Assembly: GCA_013265495.1 (NCBI GenBank)
Contig: MU058213.1
Coordinates: forward strand, 4,984,854 to 5,048,853
Length of the DNA stretch: 64,000 nt
Direction: 5' to 3'
DNA from: Vicugna vicugna
Taxonomy: Eukaryota
The notes under the pieces: model-generated
Told to the model about the DNA's origin: nothing
Databases searched by the model: none
The model's input: only the letters and a program-made list of their open reading frames with translations
Made by a program: the position numbers and the translations under genes
Shown here: piece by piece, positions 62,521 to 64,000 of the stretch
How positions within the stretch are numbered: position 1 is the first letter of the stretch
Layout: each line of letters begins with the position of its first letter

Positions 62521-64000
62521 GTCTGAGCTGCTGAAGGAGCTGGCGGAGATGCGGTCACCCTGAGCTGTTGAGAGCATCTTAGGCTGAGAAGAATGCCACT
62601 TGCTTTCTTCTGAAGTGGGTCCCAGTGTGGCGGTGGGGGAGGGGCGCACTCTCCTTAAGACCTGGCAGTTTAGTCTCACCTTCCCAGGCTCATCAGGATG
62701 GCATCTGTCCTGGATTGAACGTCCTTCCCCCGGAGTCTGCCCACTGCCTTGCTCCGACCGGCTAACAAACTCCTGATAATCTGGAAATGTTCCGAGAAGT
62801 GTTATGGAGGGAAGTGGGGCTTTGACTTTGGACAAATGCTCCGTGTTAGATGGGCTCTGGTTGACATACTTGTGACAGGCAAGGGCAGGCCAGAGGTTTG
62901 GGCTCCAGGCAGGTGGGGAGACCAGACTTAGCTTCTGACTGCACTTCTCGTGGCAGGGGAGGCTGCCTTGTTGCTCTCCTGGGCATACTGTTCATCAAGG
63001 GGCCCGTGGAGCCCCCACCCTCTGGGACCTTTCCTCACATCCAGGCAAGATAGCTCATTCTGGAGGGTGTTGCAGGAGCTGAGTTTGGGTACCAGCACCT
63101 GAGCTGCAAGTTTTGTTTATGTAAGAGAAAATATTCCCACGCTATTCAAGCCCACACTGATCTCGAAGGTAAGGCTGGGCTTAAGCCAACAGGGATCTGA
63201 AATGAGAGCAGTTGTGGTGAAAAGCCCATGAAATACAGCACTCGCGGGTAGCCACGCTCTGCAGGCTACAATTTATGCTGTTTTCTGCTTCTAGAATTTA
63301 TCCCCAACTTTCAGTTTTTAGGAGGCTTCCACTTGGAGAGTGAAATATCTGAATTCTGGAAAATCTAACTTCTCCTCGTTGCGTGGCTCAGTCTAACCTG
63401 TCTTTACAACCCCACTTAGACGTGCCTCTCCAGGATGCCTTCCTTGACGCCCAGCTCTGGTTTAGTCCCCGACTACGAGCTTCCACAGTGACCTGTGCTG
63501 TCCCTTAGACGTCTGAATCATGACTGTCTGTTTCACCTCTGCCTCCTCCCCTGAGGGAGGGCACCGCGTCCGGCTTCCATTTTTGCAGTGTATCACTACA
63601 ACACTGCATATGGAATGATGAGGGTCATTACACAGACCCAGGAAACCACTCCAGTTGCCCTGAGGTGGGTAAGTTCATGTCAAAAAAATTTTATATAGCC
63701 TTCACCAAGGAACAGATTTACTTTTGGGATGTTTATAGATTCATGATACCATGGAATTTGTACTGATGCGGGCTCTTCTTCCCTGAAGTTATACTTTCTA
63801 CACTTAAAAGTTTATTGGCCTCTCCTCTCACAGCATTAGAATCTTCAGTATCTGACTTTCTTTGGTGAAAGTGTGCTGGGTCTTCTTGAGCAGGAGATCC
63901 ATTAAATAACCGCAGTGAACATACCTAACCATCAAAATGTGGTTTTTCTGAAGCACAGCCCTTTTATTTGGCGGAATCTTCACCGTGGTCTCATCAGTCG

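Noticed and set aside
11600..64000. Numerous 60-170 aa ORFs in the supplied track
   Set aside because: No recognisable protein similarity, many use non-ATG starts or overlap repeats, and there is no consistent exon chain; treated as noise
1..64000. CRISPR arrays, operons or other prokaryotic systems
   Set aside because: The sequence is intron-containing mammalian DNA; no regularly spaced repeat-spacer array or dense ORF packing is visible

Overview
Mammalian genomic DNA, most likely a camelid: it carries tRNA-Ala-derived Vic-1-type SINEs and artiodactyl-type L1 3' ends. The window holds one complete spliced gene, POLR2M (GRINL1A/Gdown1, a Pol II-associated negative regulator), on the + strand. 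It has a CpG-island promoter (~2660-3570) and four coding exons (3181-3293, 5055-5702, 8034-8238, 10020-10166; 370 aa), with polyA signals to ~11.5 kb. Exon 1 and the start of exon 2 are dual-coding: an upstream strong-Kozak ATG at 3066 opens an overlapping 86-aa spliced ORF. Compared with my recollection of the human proteins, that ORF is better conserved than Gdown1 over the shared bases; this is the most interesting signal here. The remaining ~52 kb has no recognisable coding exon and by mammalian synteny is probably the gene-poor interval towards ALDH1A2. It contains transposon relics, several AT-rich motif-dense enhancer candidates and a convergent pair of CTCF motifs. Two intact solo ERV1 LTRs with TSDs flank the gene. 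Repeat family names are by-eye recognition, not RepeatMasker results, and their boundaries are approximate unless a TSD or TIR is given.
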